Made by a program: the position numbers and the translations under genes
From: Macrostomum lignano
Taxonomy: Eukaryota
Length of the DNA stretch: 64,000 nt
Assembly: GCA_002269645.1 (NCBI GenBank)
Contig: NIVC01002833.1
Location: 1 to 64,000 of the forward strand
Direction: 5' to 3'
Notes under the pieces: generated by a model
Databases searched by the model: none
Seen by the model: only the letters and a program-made list of their open reading frames with translations
What the model was told of the DNA's origin: nothing
Part shown: positions 58,070-64,000 of the stretch, one piece after another
How the letters are laid out: each line of letters starts with the position of its first letter
Numbering within the stretch: the first letter of the stretch is position 1

Positions 58070-58985
58070 GCGTGTCAGTGTGCCTGTCCCAGTGTCTGTC
58101 TCAGTGTCTGTCTCAGTGTCTGTCTCAGTGCTTGTCTCAGTGTCTGTCTCAGTGCCTGTCTCAGTGTCTGTCCCAGTGTCTGTCTCAGTGTCTGTCTCAG
58201 TGTCTGTCCCAGTCTCTGTCTCAGTGTCTGTCCCAGTGTCTGTCTCAGTGTCTGTCTCAGTGTCTGTCTCAGTGTCTGTCTCAGTGTCTGTCTCAGTGTC
58301 TGTCTCAGTGTCTGCCTGTCAGTGTGTCTGTGCCAGTGTCTGTCCCAGTGCCTGTCTCAGTGTCTGTGCCAGTGTCTGTCCCAGTGTCTGTCTCAGTGTC
58401 TGCCTGTCAGTGTGTCTGTGCCAGTGTCTGTCTCAGTGTCTGTCCCAGTGTCTGTCCCAGTGTCTGCCTGTCAGTGTGTCTGTGCTAGTGTCTGTCTCAG
58501 TGTCTGTCCCAGTGTCTGTCCCAGTGTCTGTCCCAGTGTCTGTCCCAGTACCTGTCTCAGTGTCTGTCTCAGTGTCTGTCTCAGTGTCTGTCTCAGTGCC
58601 TGTCTCAGGGCCTGTCCAAGTGCCTGTCTCACTGCCTGTCTCAGTGTCTGTCTCAGTGTCTGTCTCAGTGTCTGTCTCAGTGTCTGTGTCAGTGTCTGTC
58701 TCAGTGTCTGTCTCAGTGCCTGTCTCAGTGTCTGTCTCAGTGTCTGTCTCAGTGCCTGTCTCAGGGCCTGTCCAAGTGCCTGTCTCACTGCCTGTCTCAG
58801 TGTCTGTCTCAGTGTCTGTCTCAGTGTCTGTCTCAGTGTCTGTTTCAGTGTCTGTCTCAGTGTCTGTCTCAGTGTCTGTCTCAGTGTCTGTCTCAGTGTC
58901 TGTCTCAGTGTCTGTCTCAGTGCCTGTCTCAGTGTCTGTCTCAGTGTCTGTCTCAGTGTCTGTCTCAGTGTCTGTCTCAGTGTCT
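58070..58985. repeat. 12-bp TGTCTCAGTGTC array
   Basis: Reverse complement of the 44060-44860 array. Confidence 0.93.
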
Positions 58986-59619
58986 TAAACTCCATCACAA
59001 GCATTTTCTGTATCTACGCATCCCGTTGTTATAATTTTTCTATACTCTGTTTCCCACTTGATGGGGCTTCTGTCTGCTTATTTCATAATTTTTGTATCCC
59101 ATATTTTGATACAAATGCTGCCTTAAGTCTCCAGTTGCGATATGCGAGTTGATGGGGTGTCACGAGTTTTCGACTGTCAATAAAAGAACTAACAATTGCA
59201 TGCGCCGCAACACCTGGCTCAGGGGATCAGGTTCGCTTGGAGACTGGCGCGTGGATGGACACAGGATGCAGCTCCACTTTCGCGTGGAGATCGAGAGGCA
59301 TTTTTTTCCTAGATTTTTTTAAGTTTGAGGCTCACAGCTGGCTTTTGGCCAGCGGCATGGGGGGGTCAGGGGCCGCCATGTTTTGGTCATAAACTTTATT
59401 GAGTGCCGATTGCAAAACAGACAGATGGACAGACGGTAAGCATCAAATGTTGAGCATGATCTCCTGGCATTGTTGACACCTGGCTAAGGAATTGACGTCG
59501 GGATAGCAACTGAAAAAATAATTCCTAGAATAAAAACTGCTCTGACAAATGAATGGCTGTAAATGGTGTTGGATAATTGCCCTTAGGCTGAGAAGATTGA
59601 GTATAGAGGCGCTGGGTAC

Positions 59620-59930
59620 GGCTCAGTACGACACAGAGTGACACAGAGTGACACAGAGTGACACAGAATGACACAGAGTGACATTGGAAGACACAGAGAG
59701 TGACACAGGGATTCTTAGAGTGACGCAGGGAGTGACTCATAGAGTGCCACAAAGAGTGACCAGAGAGTGACACAGTGATTCTTAGAGTGACACAGAGAGT
59801 GACACAGAGAGTGACACATAGAGTGACACAGAGAATGTCTCATAGAGTGACACAGAGAGTGACACAGAGAGTGACACAGAGAGTGACACAGAGAGTGACA
59901 CATAGAGTGACACAGAGAGTGACACAGAGC
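59620..59930. repeat. GAGTGACACAGA 12-bp array
   Basis: Two sub-blocks, same family as 34465-34685. Confidence 0.85.
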
Positions 59931-60779
59931 TGCGCAAGAAGCAGTGAAGCATCGCAAACAAACTATTCCCCATCTGGTTCGAGCAGCGTCATCGCAGTTG
60001 CTGCATCCCAATATTCGCCGTGAAAGCCAACCTGCCGAGATCCCATGAGCTAATAGCCGTGAATTTCCCTTCCATCCCATTTGCGTCCTGAGCTCGAGCA
60101 GGCTATTAGGAGGAATTGTGCGCGCTCAAAGGGAAGCGAGTGAGCCTTCTTAAGAGTCTTGAAATATTCCACTTGTTGTAATTGTTTTAGAGTCGGGACG
60201 CAGCGGGCGGTCCGTCCCATCTGCTGAAAGATTTCTCTCCAATAAACTCGTTCTGGCGGACAGCCTCACCAACACCCTCTCCGTGTTCATGCACAGTTTT
60301 ATCTGGCAAACTACTGCCTGATTAACTTTGACCGCAGTGACAATAATGCATTACCGAGGTAAGATGGAATGATATAGCACACTGCTGGATCCAAACAGAC
60401 AGATGTCAGAGGTCGGAGGAGTGCCACCTCAGTGCCCGCGGAGATCGAAATCTCTTCCAGTGGGCTGCTTGGCCACGGGCCTGCCCCGTCTCCGGGCTCA
60501 AAATCTGGGGCCCAATAAGGGGTTGCTCTTGATTCTAGTACTATAGAGATGGAAAAAGCAATTGAGGAAACAATTGGAATTTTGAGCAGGCTTTTAAAAA
60601 TGGGATATTTTAAGATTTAGAAGATTCCTTATCAGCCATAACGGTTGCGCAGTGCTGAGGAGTTTGGTAGTGCTGGGGTGGCAGCAACATCTGCGGAGCT
60701 GTTTGCCAAGGTCCTGTCTATGGCAGCCAGCTGGGCTCTCCTGGCTGTGCGAGAGAGGTGCCGGAGAGTGACTTGCCGC

Positions 60780-61178
<399 letters not shown>

Positions 61179-61734
61179 TCAGAAAATCGAGCGACTCCGT
61201 GGTGTTTCGGCTTCTAATTCATAAACATAAATTTTTATAACTGTCCATGAAAACAATTGAATATTTTGTTCCACAAATGAATTTATGACCCCGTCAATTA
61301 TTAGAATATTTCACAATAGGATCAGGTGTTCCAAACCAAAATTTATTATCGAATGACAAAACAGGGTGCGCTCATCTGCTATGTTTCAGACTCCACATAG
61401 GCTCACCTGCTGGACTGTAGTCTCAAATTCTTGTTTGGAATTGTGAAAAAATTCTTCCCTATGAAGAGGTCGGCAATGCCATCCATTTATCTGGCTTGGG
61501 CTGGACTGACAGACTTTCATTGTTTGACTTTTTGTTCAAACACCCCCTGCTCGGACATCGGATACCCGATGGTCCTGAGATTGAAGATTTTTCTAAATTA
61601 TAGAATTGAGACTGAGAGCAAAGGCGGTGCTTCCAATGGGGCCGCCACCTGTCATGGCTTAAAGCAGCTTCTGTCTGACTGACCGTCTGGTCTTCAACTG
61701 GCTGTTGTGCCCTATGGACTGACTGTCAGTTCTA

Positions 61735-62380
61735 CCCGTCTATATCCGTCCCTATCCTTCTCTATCCGTCTCTATCCGTCCCTATCCGTCCCTATCCTTC
61801 TCTATCCGTCCCTATCCTTCTCTATCCGTCTCTATCCGTCCCTATCCGTCCCTATCCTTCTCTATCCGTCCCTATCCTTCTCTATCCGTCTCTATCCGTC
61901 CCTATCCGTCCCTATCCTTCTCTATCCGTCCCTATCCTTCTCTATCCGTCTCTATCCGTCCCTATCCGTCCCTATCCTTCTCTATCCGTCTCTATCCGTC
62001 CCTATCCGTTTCTATCCTTCTCTATCCGTCCCTATCCTTCTCTATCCGTCTCTATCCATCCCTATCCGTCCCTATCCTTCTCTATCCGTTTCTATCCTTC
62101 TCTATCCGTCCATATCCGTCCCTTTCCGTCTCTATCCGTTTCTATCCTTCTCTATCCGTCTCTATCCATCCCTATCCGTCTCTATCCTTCTCTATTCGTC
62201 TCTTTCTGTCTCTGTTCGACTATATCCGTCTATATCCGTCTCTATTCGTCTCTATCCGTCTCTATCTGTCACTATCTGTTACTATTCGTTTCTATTCGTC
62301 TCTATGCGTATCTATACGTCTCTATGCATCTCTATCCTTCTCTATCCGTCTTTGTCTGTCTCATGCATCTATATTCGTCT
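61735..62380. repeat. 10-bp CTCTATCCGT/CCCTATCCTT array
   Basis: Tandem units that decay rightwards. Confidence 0.9.
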
Positions 62381-63234
62381 CCTTTAATCCGTAATTATCA
62401 ATAATCCCATTTCAAACAGTTTTATGCAACCTCAATCGCTAAGCCTGCCCACCTCTTAGTTATCCTCCCGCCATCTCATCCTCATAAGCGCGTTATTTTT
62501 CAGCCATCGGGCAGGAGGCCCTCAAAACTCGGTCCCTCCTCAGCTGGGATTCCCGACCATAAACTAACCACCAACACGTGTCCGACTTCCCAGGGTAGCT
62601 GGGCAGGGGAGCTCAGCAGCCGCCTGTTCCGAAAGTGACAGCTGCAGCCAGCGGCCTTACGTAAGTGCCATCTATTCCAGACTCTCAGCCTCATCCCAAG
62701 TGGACCGGCAGCCTCCTGAAACTACAATGACGGTGAAGCCTGGAGAAACAAGTAGAGAAAAGATGAGATTGCAGTCCACCTGAGTGTGTGCAGTTTTATT
62801 CAATTAGGAAAACATTGATCGCGGCGCTCAACTCACGCACAGACCGGGGACTCCGCTAGCCGCTGTATCAGTCATTGTTGAACAAGGCCATCGCTGCTCT
62901 TGTCGGCGGTGAGACGCGCAGTCTGGGGAGCCGAAATCCCTGAAGTGACTCCACGCGAATTCTGAGGCTGATTAGGCTGGAAAGAGTTGCATGCGATTGC
63001 TGGTTGGTGCGCCAGGTGAGCTGATCTCACAGCTCAACTCTAATCAGTGATGAAGCTAATGCGCCTCGATCCACTCTAATAGCGCTGTCGCCCTCCATCT
63101 GAGATCAGGCTGATAAACTGCTTCTGATAGCTGGATGCTTTTTATCTGAGCTGATGGGGCTGAGTTTTTTTGGAGAAGACCTTCTCAAGGCTTCGATAAT
63201 CTCGGGTTTTCTGACAGACCTGTTCTAAGCGTCT

Positions 63235-63830
63235 CTGGCGCTCAGTGTGTCTCTGGCGCCCAGGGTGTCTCTGGCGCCCAGGGTGTCTCTGGCGCCCAGG
63301 GTGTCTCTGGCGCCCAGGGTGCCTCTGGCGCCCAGGGTGTCTCTGGCGCCCAGGGTGTCTCTGGCGCCCAGGGTGTCTCTGGCGCCCAGGGTGTCTCTGG
63401 CGCCCAGGGTGTCTCTGGCGCCCAGGGTGTCTGTGGCGCCCAGGGTGTCTCTGGCGCTCAGGGTGTCTCTGGCGCTCAGGGTGTCTCTGGCGCCCAGGGT
63501 GTCTCTGGCGCCCAGGGTGTCTCTGGCGCCCAGGGTGTCTCTGGCGCCCAGGGTGTCTCTGGCGCTCAGGGTGTCTCTGGCGCTCAGGGTGTCTCTTGTC
63601 GCCATCAGTGTCCTTGGCGCCATCAGTGTCCTTGGCATTCTCAGTGCCCTTGGCGCTCTCAGTGTCCTTGGCGCCATCAGTGACCTTGGCGCCCTCAGTG
63701 ACCTTGGCGCCTTCAGTGTCCTTGGCGCCCTCAGTGACCTTGGCGCCTTCAGTGTCCTTGGCGCCCTCAGTGACCTTGGCGCCTTCAGTGTCCTTGGCGC
63801 CCTCAGTGACCTCGGTGCCCTCAGTGCCTC
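63235..63830. repeat. Two adjacent related 18-bp arrays
   Basis: GGCGCCCAGGGTGTCTCT (63235-63600), then GGCGCCCTCAGTGACCTT (63600-63830). Confidence 0.92.
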
Positions 63831-64000
63831 TGGCGCTCTTCTGATGTCTGTAACGCTTATTGCGAGTCCGCACCTCCCCCTAGCTGTTGCCATCGCCTCT
63901 CGAGCTCACCTCCTATCAAACAGCCCTCGAGGCGTCCCGGTCTCCATCAGTGAGACTTGATTGAATGTTTTTGTCACCACAAACCAATCTCAACTGAGTT

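Noticed and set aside
63142-63960. Repetitive proteins (EGAKDT/RQRHPG etc.)
   Set aside because: Open in four frames because the 18-bp units lack stops; no unique domain or convincing splice context.

Overview
Eukaryotic (metazoan) genomic DNA with GT-AG introns filled with mini- and microsatellites. The style suggests a free-living flatworm such as Macrostomum (inference only). Most long ORFs in the supplied track are translation artefacts of tandem repeats. Phase-consistent exon chaining by eye gives five genes. (1) A 5'-incomplete glutamate-receptor-like channel with a TTVGYGD K+ filter (+, 5935-12881). (2) A 9-exon type I membrane protein with an F-type-lectin-like domain and Ig-like domains (-, 13734-17844), with a non-autonomous hAT element inserted in exon 3. 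(3) A CaMKIV/CaMKI-family kinase (-, 18991-30815). (4) An adhesion GPCR (+, 33726 to about 45322). (5) A CAP-EGF-EGF protein with a furin-like site and a GPI-like tail (-, 48085-52480). There is also a short signal-peptide-bearing gene or alternative 5' exon set (+, 31429-32327), and exon-like islands with stops and frameshifts at 53.3-63.1 kb. Other features include tRNA-derived SINEs, RFX X-box motifs and about 40 tandem arrays. Several arrays form mutually complementary pairs next to splice sites, most clearly at the two ends of the 8.3-kb kinase intron. No CRISPR array or prokaryotic features are present.
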